A stretch of 58,162 bases of DNA, filler included, from Sphacelaria rigidula (lineage: Eukaryota), in assembly GCA_964200075.2 (NCBI GenBank). It is 8 parts of 8 records of this genome, joined end to end, with 100 filler letters (N's around TTAATTAATTAA, not from the genome) between each part and the next. Parts side by side here need not be neighbours in the genome. Positions count along the whole stretch, not along the records: positions 21,850 to 29,032 come from CAXNAA020016090.1; positions 29,133 to 36,315 come from CAXNAA020016091.1; positions 36,416 to 43,598 come from CAXNAA020016092.1; 5 more parts are not named here. The stretch is one strand, 5' to 3'. A program made the translations under genes and the position numbers. This document shows, one piece after another, positions 24,614 to 37,052 of this stretch. The notes under the pieces were generated by a model. The model was not told the DNA's origin. It ran no database searches and saw nothing but the letters and a program-made list of their open reading frames with translations. Numbering within the stretch: the stretch's first letter is position 1; every line of letters begins with the position of its first letter.

Positions 24614-24958
24614 GAGTCTGAACCTCAAAACAACGCTTTCCTTCACCTGAAACTCTTCTGCCGAACAGCCATTTTTGTCGGCCTGATGCTCTCCGATTGC
24701 GTTGAAACTCTTGCAGCACCCTTCACCGGCTCTAAAAGGCCACGGCACTGAGCGACAGCGTGATTTTTCCATGTGGTATTTATCATCCCATGACCACGGG
24801 AAAGTAATGCTACCGCTCAGCGCCGCTGGAATGCAGAGCTGGTGAAAAAGTCGCTGAAACAGTTTTCACGCGATCGAGGAGGGTATTAGGCCGACAGAAA
24901 CATCATCGGGCATAATGAATTTCAGGTTAGGGAAGGCACTGGTTTGGGGCTGAGACCC
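24614..24958. repeat. ~345-bp degenerate fold-back (MITE-like)
   Basis: GTCGGCCTGATGCTCTCCGATTGCG / CGCGATCGGAGGAGGGTATTAGGCCGAC; TTCACCGGCTCT / AGAGCTGGTGAA. Confidence 0.7.
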
Positions 24959-25082
24959 TTCTCAAGATTAGAAGACATATAGCAAGCGAGGCTGTTGTTC
25001 TGCTTGGATTGTTCCTGCGAAATTTCTGATATTCGTCGTCGGAGGCGTAAGGACGTGAATAGTTTTTTTTTTCGGAGTTGGT

Positions 25083-25525
25083 TTGACGAGAGTCGACGCG
25101 GTGTGGCAGTAGTCATTATCCAATCCGCCATACCGAAGTGCAAGGCGTATGCCAAGGGAAAGATAGGTCGATCCCTTGAGACCACGGACTCGTCCCGAGG
25201 ACGGGGAGGTCAGATATGTGGCATAAAGAAAATACTTGGCTCGCCCCGCTCCAGTAGTCTAGCTGGTACGACTGAAACCTACCTGTGAGGGCGGAGGACC
25301 GAGGGTTCAATTTCCGGGGTATGCGTCCGGGTTTTTCCGATTAGCATCTGAGTCCCGTCGTTGAAAATGTCAGGGCGGGAGTAGAAAGAAAAAGGCTACT
25401 TGAGGAGATCCTAAACGGTGCGGGAGTGCCGATCCAATCCGTGGCACCAAAATGCAAGGCGTGTAGCAGGGGATATGTGGGCCGACCCTTTGAGGCTACG
25501 TACTCTTCCCGAGGAAGTGGACAGG
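25083..25525 (+). mobile_element. Two tandem SINE family B copies (tRNA-like head at ~25245-25320)
   Basis: Core CGGTG.GG.AGT...ATCCAATCCG...TGCAAGGCGT present twice; head TAGTCTAGCTGGT...GGGTTCAATTTCC. Confidence 0.6.
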
Positions 25526-26099
25526 TTGAAAGTGCGAAGACAATGAGAGCCACGCTTTCGGGAAAAATCAGATTTTGACGTCACTTTCGTTTTGGTTTTG
25601 CACTGGAAACAATTTGCCATACTCTCACTACCCATATTGGGATTTTTATATTGCGCAGTAGCTGAGATTGTCGCGCAAGCACCTGACAACAAAACTCATC
25701 TCCGGGTAGTCGCGTGGTTCCCTGAACCTGACAACAACTTTTCTGTTGTCGTCTTCCTCCCCCCTGTCCCCCCCTGCAACGTTGAACGACTCGGCAGTGC
25801 CAACGACGAGCGATGTCGGTGGAGTACATGGCGGACCGTGTGCAAAACGCGCCATACCACTGAGAATGTAGAGCTCCCGCGAGAATCCAACGGGATAGAT
25901 ACCGCTGTGCTCTCGAATCTGTGTAGTGATGTGGTAGGATTACAGTATCGGGTTGCGGCACGGTATGTGATTGACGGAGGACGGTGGACAGCATTCAGGT
26001 GTGTACGCGGAGCACCTCGACTGCATCGTCAGAGTGCTGAGATTCGAGAACAGTCATGTTGTGCAAAGCTGTTTGTTATATCCGCGAAAAATACGTGCT

Positions 26100-27575
26100 T
26101 TTGCTACGACGGTGCGGTACTGAGTACCTTCAAACTGTGCCAAAGCTGGTGTTCTTCAGTTCGATGGTGTTACAAATAAGGCAAAATGTGTCCGCGGTGA
26201 TCGACGCGAAGCTTTTGTTTATGGTGCACCATTTTACTGTGTGTGCCTTGACCGTGCAGCCCCTTGAGTTGATTCACGAGCAGAGCATATGTGGATATGT
26301 TCCAAGTGACAAAACGCAGATGTTTTCATGGTATGTATGTCAAACCTGAGGGTATTGTACCATCTGGGGTGATGGTGGCAGGAGAGATAGTTGCTCCATG
26401 CACCATGCTGGGGGCTTTTGTGTTCCAGCGACAAGATCAAGTATTTTCACTTTGGTCAACTGAGAATGTTGCACCATTTTACGGTGTTTTGTCAGCTGGA
26501 GGGACGGCGGTAGACATACGTTTCTCGCAGGAGAAGATGCCGTACAGGCCGCGGCAACGGGCAATGATGACAAGTTCACACTTGAGTATTCTCTTAGGCC
26601 AAGCACGTTATCTTCAAAGTGCGCGCCCCACGAACACGCTTGTCCACTCCTGCTCTACCCCTAACCTTTCTTCGGTTCACCAGTATTCCCGCACAATCAT
26701 CGCGTGATCGGCAGTGCACACCACTATGATATCGACGTCAACACAAACCAGATTTGTGTGTTATCGCATTCAGGGTTGCCGGCCTGCCCGTATCGACGGG
26801 TTCTTTCGGAGTTCGCCATTTTTACAACGTGTTGATGCAGCCTCCCCTTAGGAAGAGCAATCTTGATCTACAAAGAGCACAGACGACACTACACCCCCCC
26901 ACAGGTTGCACCCTACGTAATGCAATGAAATGTAGCGGCAAACTGCTGTAACGAATGCAGGCATGAAGACCCGATCTATTCTTTGGGGCTTCAGAGGGCG
27001 AGTAGCTCCGCTCCAGCTGGTTGATATCCACCCCCGCGCGAGGCGCGTGTTTGTTCGATTGTTCCAAACATTCTGGATATCAACAGCGATGCAGATGCGG
27101 ATAGGGGAGGCCGCGTCGCGCAGTTTCCCAAAGAGTGCTCACAATATAACCCGAGGAATGTGTCCAAGTACAACACAGAAACGCTGATAAAAGGAAGCGT
27201 CTTGAGTGCGCAGATTCGCCTGCTTTTCCCTACTTTTCCCGCTGCTCTTTGTCGTGTGGATGATATTCGGAAAACACACCTGCTACGACTGCGATAACTG
27301 CCTGCTACAACTGCTACAACTGCGACAACTGCTTTCTACAACAACAACAACAACAACTGCTACAACTGCTACAACTGCTACAACAACAACGTCCGAGCAG
27401 CGAGGTGCTAGAGGCACCAGGGAAGCTACTGCAGCACCTGTCCGAAATCGAAGCGTTGGAAGTTGCCCCGAACCATAGTAGACACCGCTTCATGGAGGCA
27501 CGCCCGTCGGTTAATTCTGTTACCGGCGCCGTTTCACGAAGAAAACTTTCAAGTTGTTCGAAAGGTTCAACGGTG
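26100..27575 (+). pseudogene. Highly decayed piggyBac-like (DDE_Tnp_1_7-type) transposase relic
   Basis: Frameshifted fragments in the expected order: RAYVDMF...IVPSGVMVAGE (cf. FVDxFNxxR...PGxxLxVDE), RHF-TTC, QLVDIH, VRLFQ-ILDI, C-terminal SYCSTC...FCY...CFERF; matched by eye only. Confidence 0.35.
27296..27390 (+). repeat. (CTGCTACAA)n / (CAA)n minisatellite
   Basis: Direct inspection. Confidence 0.85.
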
Positions 27576-28221
27576 CTGGGCGGATTGGGATACACCCGTG
27601 GTGGCGCTGGTGGTAGTGACGAAAGGGCGAGGGCAGAAGCTCGGGCGGGGAGACATGTGTGGATCCTGAGATTGGCAGAGCAGTACTCGCTCCAGGAGGA
27701 AAAAGAGAGGGAAGACTTTGCGGCTCGGGTGGCGTGGAAACTCCAGTCTTCGTGGTGGAGGCAGGCATCCAAGGTAATCAATCAGCCGTGTATTTGTGGT
27801 ATCGAGCGGCGTTGAGGGTTGAACGGGTATCGACGTTGATGAGGCGATGTTTCTTGATTCGAGTGCTTTGAGGTAAGCGAGCGTCTCGAACGATGAAAAT
27901 GTGTTTGGTGTGTTTACGCGACATCAGGCATTGTTGAAGATTCATGAGGATATTTTCGCTACATACGTGCATTGCCTCTCCTCTAGCAGCATAACAAATG
28001 TGAATGCAGTATTATGGTGGTTGAAAGGAAAGGGTTTTGACCTCCAAAAATACGCAGAACTGTGATATTTCGCACCGAATATGATTTTGAGCTTCCGCCC
28101 CCCGGTGATCTAACATCCTGAAACTGATAGACATGGATGGTTGGGGGGCAAGCGGCCTTTTTCTGGACACTGTCGGATTCCAGTGATTGAAAACGTGAGG
28201 GCATGGGCAGCGAAATATTAC

Positions 28222-28345
28222 TCGACGCGAGTCGACGCCATGCAGGAATAATGATCCAATCCGCTATACCAATATGTCAGGCATTTACCCTGGGAATGCA
28301 GGATTGATCCCTCGAAATATTGCTATTGGCTTGTCCCGAGTATGG
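28222..28345 (+). mobile_element. SINE family B core and 3' end
   Basis: GACGCGAGTCGACGC...GATCCAATCCGCTATACC. Confidence 0.55.
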
Positions 28346-28355
28346 GGGGGGGGGG

Positions 28356-28610
28356 ATACTCGTGAGCGTGTATACCATAGTCATAAGACCTTTGACCTCG
28401 CATCCCTACGAAGCCGGGACGAAGCACGCCGGGTTTTCGTCGAACCCGGCTCGCATTCAACCACCAAGCGATATTCGGGGAGTCGCATAATTGGTGAGCT
28501 GCATCCTGCTAAGGTTGTTCAGCCCGAAGCCTATTGATTATCTTGCATTTGGATGACAGCCTCGAATGAGACAGCCACGGCTTACACACTGCTTCATGAG
28601 TGTCTCACCA
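28356..28610 (-). mobile_element. Retroposon family R3 with both ends (internal deletions)
   Basis: Reverse complement starts TGGTGAGACACTCATGAAGCAG; G-runs on both sides. Confidence 0.75.
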
Positions 28611-28747
28611 TCGGGGGGGGGGGCGGGGTTGAAGAGTATCACGAAAACCTAATGTCGCAACGATTCCGACTCTTGAGCGAGGAATAATTGCGATCCCGAG
28701 CACTAAAGACGGATTTTGATGTTAAACGTTATCAAGGTGTGCCGCCG

Positions 28748-28958
28748 CGCCCTGGTGGTGGTTCAAGTGACACCTGTTATTGTACGAGGTTGGGGGTTTG
28801 AATCTCTCCGCAGTATTTTCCCCTGAGAAATATAGGATTTCCTCGTTGGAAACGCAAGGGCCAGAGTAGCGAAAAAAGTTATTTGACGAAAATTGACTCG
28901 GGTGCGGAAGTGCTGATCCAACCCGCGATACGAGTACCAATATGTTAGGCATGTGCTG
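28748..28958 (+). mobile_element. SINE family B copy with degenerate tRNA-like head
   Basis: GGGTTTGAATCTC B-box-like motif, then GGTGCGGAAGTGCTGATCCAACCCGCGATACG core. Confidence 0.5.
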
Positions 28959-28971
28959 GAGGGGGGGGGAG

Positions 28972-29030
28972 GGGGGGGCGTACTCATTTGTTGCTTGCCT
29001 TAGTCGTTTGACCATTGACCAGGCACGCGT
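28972..29030 (-). mobile_element. R2-family copy at contig end
   Basis: G-run + GCGTACTCATTTGTTGCTTGCCTTAGTCGTTTGACCATTGACCA. Confidence 0.8.
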
Positions 29031-29032
29031 TT

Positions 29033-29132
29033 NNNNNNNNNNNNNNNNNNNNNNNNNNNNNNNNNNNNNNNNNNNNTTAATTAATTAANNNNNNNNNNNN
29101 NNNNNNNNNNNNNNNNNNNNNNNNNNNNNNNN
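29033..29132. other. Artificial contig spacer 4
   Basis: Identical 100-bp block. Confidence 0.97.
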
Positions 29133-29556
29133 CTGCTCCGGCGAGAACCCGGCGTGCACCGTCCCGGCTTTGTACGGATGCGAGGTCCATGGTCTCATGA
29201 CTATGGCATGCATGATCATGAGTACACGCCCCTCCCTCCTCCCCCCCTATATGGAAATACCCATGAGGCAGTGTGCGACCCGTGGCTGCCTCTGGAGTGG
29301 CGATACCAGAAAATGAAAAACATGATTGTAGGTTGTCATTCATATGCAAGATGATCAGTACGATCCGGGCCGAACAATCTTAGCAGGATGCGGCTCACCC
29401 TTAATGCCACTGGCCGAACACACCACGGTGCTTCGCGCTTGGTGATTGATTGCGAACCTGGTGCGGCGAAAAACCGGCATGATCCGTCCCGGCTTTGTAG
29501 GGACGCGAGGTCGATGGTGTCATGTCCACGGCATGCAAGATCATGAGTACACACCC
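29133..29556 (+). mobile_element. Two tandem R3 copies (partial 29133-29231; full ~29251-29556) separated by a C-rich spacer
   Basis: Colinear with 53031-53337. Confidence 0.8.
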
Positions 29557-29784
29557 GTCTCCCCCTTACTGGTATAGGTTTACTGTACGTTTGTTTTTGT
29601 CAGTCGGCAGTCACCCAGAGGTCTGAAGTGGTTCGACACCTCTGAACATAACACAAAGATATTTGTGAGCTGTTCACGCTATGGCTACGAGTACTTGTCT
29701 GCGGCCATGTCTTGTACTCTACTCCAAGCAATATGTAAGGTGCACTCCCTGCGTCGTTGAAGGTCCTTGGTGCTCCGCCCCCAC

Positions 29785-29850
29785 TCCCGCTCTCCCGGAT
29801 GTGTGGTCAACGGCCAAACGAGTAGGGCAAGCGACAAATGAGTACGCCGC
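29785..29850 (+). mobile_element. R2-family copy
   Basis: GGATGTGTGGTCAACGGCCAAACGAGTAGGGCAAGCGACAAATGAGTACGCC with C-rich flanks. Confidence 0.7.
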
Positions 29851-31850
29851 TCCCATCCCCACCCCGCCCCCCGTCCTTTCCCCCGCCAAATTTGGTTTTG
29901 ACAGAACATTTCGCGTGTGGTGTCTGGACCGAGATACGCCACCCCTCGTAGTACTCAAGTGAGAAATGCTTCGGGCACACCCCCAAGCGGCCAGCGAAGC
30001 TGAAATGTATCGCTCACATTCTCTCCCGTACCACGGAGTATGTGGTTCCCTCTGTACTATTTACAATGATCGCAACAAAGCGTTTGTCTCCTACACGATG
30101 CACTACCGTGCTAATTGCAATATATATGTATATATTTATATAAATCTTGTCGCTTGCCGCTGAAAAAGCAGGATGCTCATATGTATGCATAACGCATTTG
30201 GTCGGAAAAAAAGAGAGAGAGCAGCCAACACCAAACGAAGTACGACTGCACACAGCAGGCCACAGACAGAAGAAAACCCCGCGGCAAATCCCCACCATGT
30301 TTTCCGATCACCCGTTTGACTCAACTTGGTCTCACTCCACCAGTCTCTGACACCCCGTCTTCACCCTTCTGCTTGCCAGCCTCGTCCGCTCACTTGCCCT
30401 CAAGTCATTACTCTTCGTGCTGCCAGGTCGGCAAAATTGTTGAATAACATGGCCGGCAGTCCTTTAAATCCTTGAACCACATCCTATATTTCTACTTTTG
30501 TATCAGACACTGGAACGTCCAAAATCCTGCCGCTTTATGCACAATATATCAGATTCAGTCTTCGCTTAGATCTGTTCACTAAACAAGGGCCAAAATCTTC
30601 ATGTTTCTATTCCTGTGAGGCTGCTTCTTACGGCAAACAAAGCTCACAAAAGAAAAAAAACATGTTTCCGCTGATTTTTGTGAAAAAAATTGCGGTAGGT
30701 GTATAGGTGCGGGTTTACTTTCACAGTTCAAACACCAATTCGAGTAATTAAAAAAAATAAAATCATCATTCCCACTACGTTTCATAGTACATTTCATAGT
30801 ACAAACTCGATTTTAGCACGCACTCCGTTACACATGGTTTTGCCGGTCTTGGGGAGCCCGCAGCCGTTGTACAACTGCAGTACCAGGCGGAGGCCGGATG
30901 ATATCCAAGACAACGACGGCCTCACTAGCGGTGCTCTATCTATTGGTATACAGGTTTCAAATCTCAATTGTGAAATTTAAGCAGAAAAACTGACATCAGG
31001 TCCGAGAGGATTGTCCATTTTTCCTCAGACCTGGTGTTTGCTTCGAGTGTCGCCGTGCCCGCGGTATGGTTGCGGCCACCAGAGTTGGTGTTGCAGTCTT
31101 CATTTGCGCTTAGCTTGCTGCTGCATCCTGCACGCCTCGGATACGGGGCATGATTTGAGATAACTACGCCGTCGTCGTTGTGTGTTGCTTCATGCTGTTC
31201 TGACGGAACATAACCCGAGAAGAGGACTGTACCCGCATCAATGCTGCTGGCTCCCTTTTGTAGGCTGCCGTGCTCTTGTTCTGGGTGGCTCGTATTGAAC
31301 GGTGCCGTACAGACATGAAAAGCACGGTGCCAACGGGTTGGCCGGCGCTGGCGAATCTTCTTGCGATACAAATACGTGCAGTCGGTAGTGCGACAGAAAA
31401 TTGTTGATAGACAACGCTGGACACAACCAAGCACTCTGCACACGGGAGGGACATCAGACAGCTAGCGCAATCATGAATCTCTCTTGCGTGCGCGATCCCG
31501 TGTGCTAGAGCGCGGCTTCCTTTCGAGGATATACAGTACGCTGCGCTTGCTTCATGACTTCGTGCTTGCTTGTCAAAAATATTATCGATGCTCACCGCAC
31601 ATCTTTTCTTCACCTCTCCTCCTGTCCCTGTCCTGGACTTTAGCAAGCTAACGAACGGAAATGAAGCCCAGACTAGGCCTGGACAACGAAAAACAAAACA
31701 GTGCAATCTTGTCGATGTCTCTGCGGCCGATAGGGTTTGAGTAGCGCACCTGTATCCGTCCAAAATTTCGACTGCCGAATAAAATCTGACAATAATCATG
31801 GAAAACGACGAAAAAATTGCCAATTTCAGAGTAATTATTTCACAAGGACC

Positions 31851-32214
31851 TGTAAGGCTACAACCCCTTGATGTGGGAGTGGTGGTCTCAGGAGCCACGG
31901 GCTTGGCCGTGGGACGTGCCTAGATAGTTCGTTCTTGTGTGGAGGGAAACTCCAGGGTCGAGATGAGATGTGCCTCGAGAGGGCTCCGGGAGCGGTGTCG
32001 TCTCGAGTTGGAGTATGACTATTACTCCGGAGACGGGAAGACAATGACCCGGACGGGATAGACAATGAACCGGACGGGATAGACATTGACCCGGTCGGGA
32101 CAGACTAGTGTTCCTGAGAACGTTCCCGGAACGATACCGGAGATATGAACGTTCCTGGAACGAAGGGGCGGTTGTAGACACGTGGAAGACTTGTAGACTA
32201 CCCTGGTACTCACA
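31851..32214 (-). mobile_element. Solo-LTR-like repeat (second copy 45026-45410) with internal 21-bp tandem repeats
   Basis: TGTAAG...CTCACA termini (TG..CA with a short inverted repeat); ACAATGACCCGGACGGGATAG x3; colinear reverse complement of 45026-45410; no clear TSD. Confidence 0.6.
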
Positions 32215-33711
32215 CCTGCACCTTTGATTAAACTCGGTACCGAAATGTTTTGTCGGATCACTTCTCACGGAAGGCAAAACGCCCAATCAAAATCTCAGAT
32301 TCTTGTGGGAGCCGCAAAATCGATGATCCCAGACAAAATTCCGTGGATTTTTGTCTGATAAATAAAAAGGCCAAACAAAAATCGGCTCGACAAAAAACGC
32401 CTTCTCTAAAGACCACCACACTACGAGTACGGCTATTATGCAGCCCGAACCTCGCACACACTCCAGTCGTTAGCGCAAGGAGAGAGGCAGATGGAAGTTA
32501 AATACTGCGACTCATCCGATGATGATATACTCGTGGCTGTGAGGCGGGCTCTGGTGAGCAACCTGAACATCGTGGTGTTCGCGGCCAGCCAAGCACTACT
32601 GTGCATGCTTATTCGAATGAATGCTCTCTCTCAAGACACCGATGACTGTGTATATAGCAGCTGCTTGCTATTGAGAGGTACTACCATACCATACCATTAC
32701 ACTGTGCTGTTCTGAAAGATACCACGAGTACAATACGTAGGACATACCACTACTGCCGTCTGTACAGACTATCCAGGCAACATGAGAAGTGATGCTCCTA
32801 TATCGTACTACTTCTCAGCTGCAAAAGGGAACACGACCACTGTACCGCAGTACTACTGTTGTTTGTTGTACAGTCTTTACTCTACATTCTGTACAGCCAA
32901 CAGTAGCAGCAGAGGCGTTCCTGTGTGGTACTTCTCACTGTATAGAAGAGCAAGTGGTCGTACTGTACAGTACGTTACAGACAATAGGAGCAGTATTAGT
33001 GTTCCTGTATCGTACGAACCATGGTGTCTGTGCTGTTATGACTGATCATCTTGTCATTCACTCTCTAGGCCGCCATAATCGTGGACTCTTGTTATCCCAA
33101 GTACCATATCATTTCCCAACTTCAATACCTGTCGTTCATACATATATGGCTGATGTGGTTTCACACCTAAAACCCGTTTCTTGCGTGAACAGTGTAGGTA
33201 TATTTGCCTGCTGTAACCAGAATACCGCAGTATCCAACAACACGTCGTTATCTGCCCGAGTACACTGTTCTCCCACGCATTGGCTGCGGTGGTTGCAGAC
33301 GGTTGTAATTTCGTGCTCACACACGCACTTGAGGATTCACCGTTGAAACTCAGCTAACGCGCCTTTTTTCAAGACGCCGTAACTCCCAGCGCGTTTATTT
33401 TGGTTGTCATAATAAGAAGTGGTCAAAGAAAAAAAACACGTCACATTCTTGGGACAAACAAACATGGACGAAAACCATATATATGTATATATATATATAT
33501 TTATCATTGTAGTTTTTTCTGACATTAACCCTTCGAGAACTAGACCCCCAGGGAGTGCTGATTATTGTTATTGGTGAATCAGCATCATCTTCGTTCATTT
33601 CCAAGTCAAAATGATGCCGATTCACAAAGATTCACAAAATAAAAATCAACAATTTAGCTCCCAAAGGGTTAAAAGCAGCCTGAGAGAGAGAGAGAGAAGA
33701 AAAAAAGTCAC

Positions 33712-33941
33712 CTTAAAATGTTCGTCGTCGAACGAAGTGACGGTGAGACACACACCGTTCACGCTGATGCTGCACCCTTTGGTAGCCCCTTCCAGCGCCG
33801 TCTTGGCTCGCACCGTAAGCTCCACGCCCTCTCCCACCGACCCGTCCCACAGCTGGACAGCTTCATTTTTCACGAGCGAGGCGACTGATCCCATCTCTTC
33901 CACGATGCCAGAAAACATTGCTCGAACAACATCTCGCCGGC
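33712..33941 (-). CDS. RIB5: Riboflavin synthase, exon with the N-terminal lumazine-binding domain
   Basis: tgacag| (G)RRDVVRA-MFSGIVEEMGSV...GCSISVNGVCLTVTSFDDEHFK |gtgact; hallmark MFTGIVEE and SIxVNGVCLTV motifs. Confidence 0.93.
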
Positions 33942-34984
33942 CTGTCAGGTGCCGGGTTTTCGGTGGTTTCCGAACAACGTACAATGCAGCAACGGAAGGA
34001 GTAGGGGGGTGGGGGGTAGGGGGGGATGTTGCCGTGATACGAGTGTAACCTCGACAACCCAAACGACTCTGCAACCTCGACACCCGGCCGGTGAGAAATC
34101 AGCAGAGGGCAACGTAGTGAAAAAAACGAACATTTGGCTGTAGGAACGACCTTCTCGCGACCTGTTTGATGGCAGACAGGCTCCTCCGCCTGAAAAGCGG
34201 GATAGTTGACATCGTGGCGAGCAAAATAAGAATCGAGATTGAAAACCCTTCCTATATTACTGTAATACACACGACGCATACTCGTTGGGGATGTCAAATG
34301 TTTTGTGCATTACTGTGGAGAGGACACAATCTTGAAGTTTCTGAGGTTCTAAAAAATCCGGTGCCCTACGCAACATTCACGAGGATCATTATCCATAACC
34401 AACAGCTTACGAGTCGCTCGTTCAGTTTCCGGGGGAAGACTCGCTTGCTACATAATTTTCAACCTGTGCAAACGTCGGACGGCTCATAAGCTACCTAAAA
34501 AAACTTAATTGAAGAGGACTCTCAGATCCCTTGTCCAAAAACGTGACAGCAGGATCAGAGAAGCCAAAGCGCTACCTCTACGCTACTCTGCGTGCTCAAC
34601 GCCCAGCGCTGTGGGGAACAAATAGGGGGAAAATGGGGGCAACTGGGCTAGCTCATGATGCGGATATGTACACTGAAAACAAGTAATATTTGGGTAGCTC
34701 ACGAGCTGTCCGACATGTGAACCTGTGTGTGCTCCACACTAGATCCGCGAAGCTAGACTCTATAACTAGAGCACTGACACCACGGCCCGCGGTAGCCAGG
34801 CGTTCGTAGGACCATAATGTTTGGCGTCGACGCTGGCTCTCCCGTAAAAATCAGGGTACTCTCTCCACGTCCACGAAATGTATACTGAAAACACGTACAT
34901 TCGCTTTTTTTCCGTTAACCCCTCGATTCACCGGTCACCATACGTAGCGCATGTTTCGTCATACGATTTGGGACAGAAATGCAC

Positions 34985-35131
34985 CTGCTTCCGCGCCCGC
35001 GTGTCGAGGTCTCGCCGGCGACAACCGCGAGGGCTCGACTGTTGTGCTGTGCGTGAATCCTCGACCGGCTGCTCGGCCGCTCGCGGAGTATAGCAAGCGT
35101 CGTGGCCCAGAGGGGGCGAGGAAACAAGCTC
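34985..35131 (-). CDS. RIB5: Riboflavin synthase, probable upstream transit-peptide exon
   Basis: acccag| (G)ACFLAPSGPRRLLYSASGRAAGRGFTHSTTVEPSRLSPARPRHAGAEA(G) |gtgcat; 147 nt, phase 1/1, in frame with 33941; Ser/Arg/Ala-rich, AC-FLAP motif; signal-peptide exon not located. Confidence 0.6.
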
Positions 35132-36203
35132 CTGGGTGTACGCGTTTGCCAGAGAATGCGCGGAAGATGAACGCATGAGTAAAACGAGCGAATTGATGAA
35201 AAACAAATATAGGCCGGGCAGATTTACGGAATACGAGCAAATGAGAAAGATATGAAGATATTCACACCGCCCAACAACGATGTCGGCCACGTGCAACTAG
35301 CGCACGAACATATGTGCGAGGTCTGGTAACACACCCCCGTTATCTCCCTCGTTTCGTGCACGGGACCTGGACCTATTATGAACCCTACGCCCAAATCGCC
35401 GAGAGAAATTGGGACAGTGCCGAGAGATATTGGAACAGTGCCCCCGGGAGACCTGAGTTCCGACAATCTCGTCAGAATAGTCATGATCTAGTCAGACTAC
35501 CCACCTCGTGAGGCAACTTTTATCAAAGGGAATATCCCCGTTCAAAAATCACTTTTGAAAAGTCACCGCTCCCACAGTGCTCAGCTGTGAGTCTTGAAGG
35601 GCAGTTTTGTCCAGATCGAAGCCCACATCTGCACCCAGGTTCAGAAATGCGGTGCCTGTGGAAGTGGTTGTTAGTCCAACATCTCTGCACTGCTACAGAC
35701 CAGACGCAAACAGGGCACACAACATCTAAACACCGAGCCCCGACAAACACAAGCAGACACCTCACTCATGCGCATTAGCTCTAGCGCTAGCTATTGCTTA
35801 TTTACACAAGGATCTACACAGAACAGTTTTTATTTGACGGATACCCGTGCTGTATTGGAGGGAAAGCGGCCGCGTCCGTGTCAAATTACACCAAAAACGT
35901 GCTGGTGTTGACCATGTGTGTGCGTGTGCTGCGTGCGGGTCTCACGCAACTCATCGTCCCTCATTGAATTCTCAACGGATTTGAGTAAGGCCACGCACAA
36001 CGTGCTCAGCTGAAGAGCAAGTATGGCTCGAGCTGTGTGATTTTGGTTTGCGGGGGCGATGCGATCCTCAGGTTCACGTTTGGTTCTGTTGGGTATCTGT
36101 CGAGCCTTTGCATGTGCCCCCATCAACGGGACATTTATGTTCCCCTTCGGCCCTTCGGGTTATCACAAAATCACTTTGACAAAAATAATTTTGGGGCACT
36201 CTT

Positions 36204-36238
<35 letters not shown>

Positions 36239-36315
36239 GGTATCCCCGCGCAAAAAAACCGGCGTTTTTTTCCCAAAATAATTTTTTTAAAGGGGGGTTA
36301 ATATTTTTGATAAAA

Positions 36316-36415
36316 NNNNNNNNNNNNNNNNNNNNNNNNNNNNNNNNNNNNNNNNNNNNTTAATTAATTAANNNNNNNNNNNNNNNNNNNNNNNNNNNNN
36401 NNNNNNNNNNNNNNN
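36316..36415. other. Artificial contig spacer 5
   Basis: Identical 100-bp block. Confidence 0.97.
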
Positions 36416-36690
36416 TCGAATGATTCAGATACCTAGTAATGCTGGATCTCCGTAGAACCGGGGGTCGGGGTGACGTACGAGTACCGACAGTCAAGTGTGT
36501 GCAAATGTCGTACAATACAGTTGGGAGCAGCGGGGCTGTCCGCCTCCCTTGTTTATTCTCATTTCATCTACCTCCATCACATCAGCACTCTCCCAAGTTA
36601 GAGAAGAACTTGGGTGCTCTTCAACAAAAGATCTGAAACCATTACCCTGTGCCTGAGCCAAGGAATATGGACACACTACTTCAATCGCAC

Positions 36691-36880
36691 CTTGCTCAAG
36701 CGCTTCATGAGAACGCCCGTGACCAAGTCCATCACATGGCAGATGCAGGGTAACCACGCCATTTTCCTTTGAACCACGATCGCGTTCTTCTGGTTTGCCG
36801 CGGTGTCTGTCGTCACCACCGTCATGTCCTCCTGACGAATATTGTACTGAGCCATGACGCCTTTCAAAGCGTCGGCGAGC
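36691..36880 (-). pseudogene. hAT transposase exon 2 (second catalytic Asp and CxxH motif)
   Basis: cgcaag| (R)LADALKGVMAQYNI..VVTTDTAANQKNA..WLPCICHVMDLV..LSK |gtgcga; 172-nt intron at 36881-37052. Confidence 0.85.
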
Positions 36881-37052
36881 CTTGCGTAATCGGAAGAGCA
36901 ATCGACAGCGACATGTTTGTCAGGACACGCGCCAAAGATTATACTGCTGTAAGCTGCGGCTTCATCGCACATTCTGTTTTGGTATTTGAGATGATGCGTC
37001 AGGAATATGAAACAAGAGTTACTTGTACTGTAACTCCAAATGCGATTCTCAC

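Noticed and set aside
26290..26330. Minus-strand LRFVTWNI resembles the start of a LINE AP-endonuclease
   Set aside because: No following QE motif; the plus strand is better explained as a transposase relic.
30964..31898. Overlapping 159-aa and 244-aa minus-strand ORFs
   Set aside because: One starts inside the LTR-like repeat; no recognisable domain; probably decayed TE sequence in an intron.
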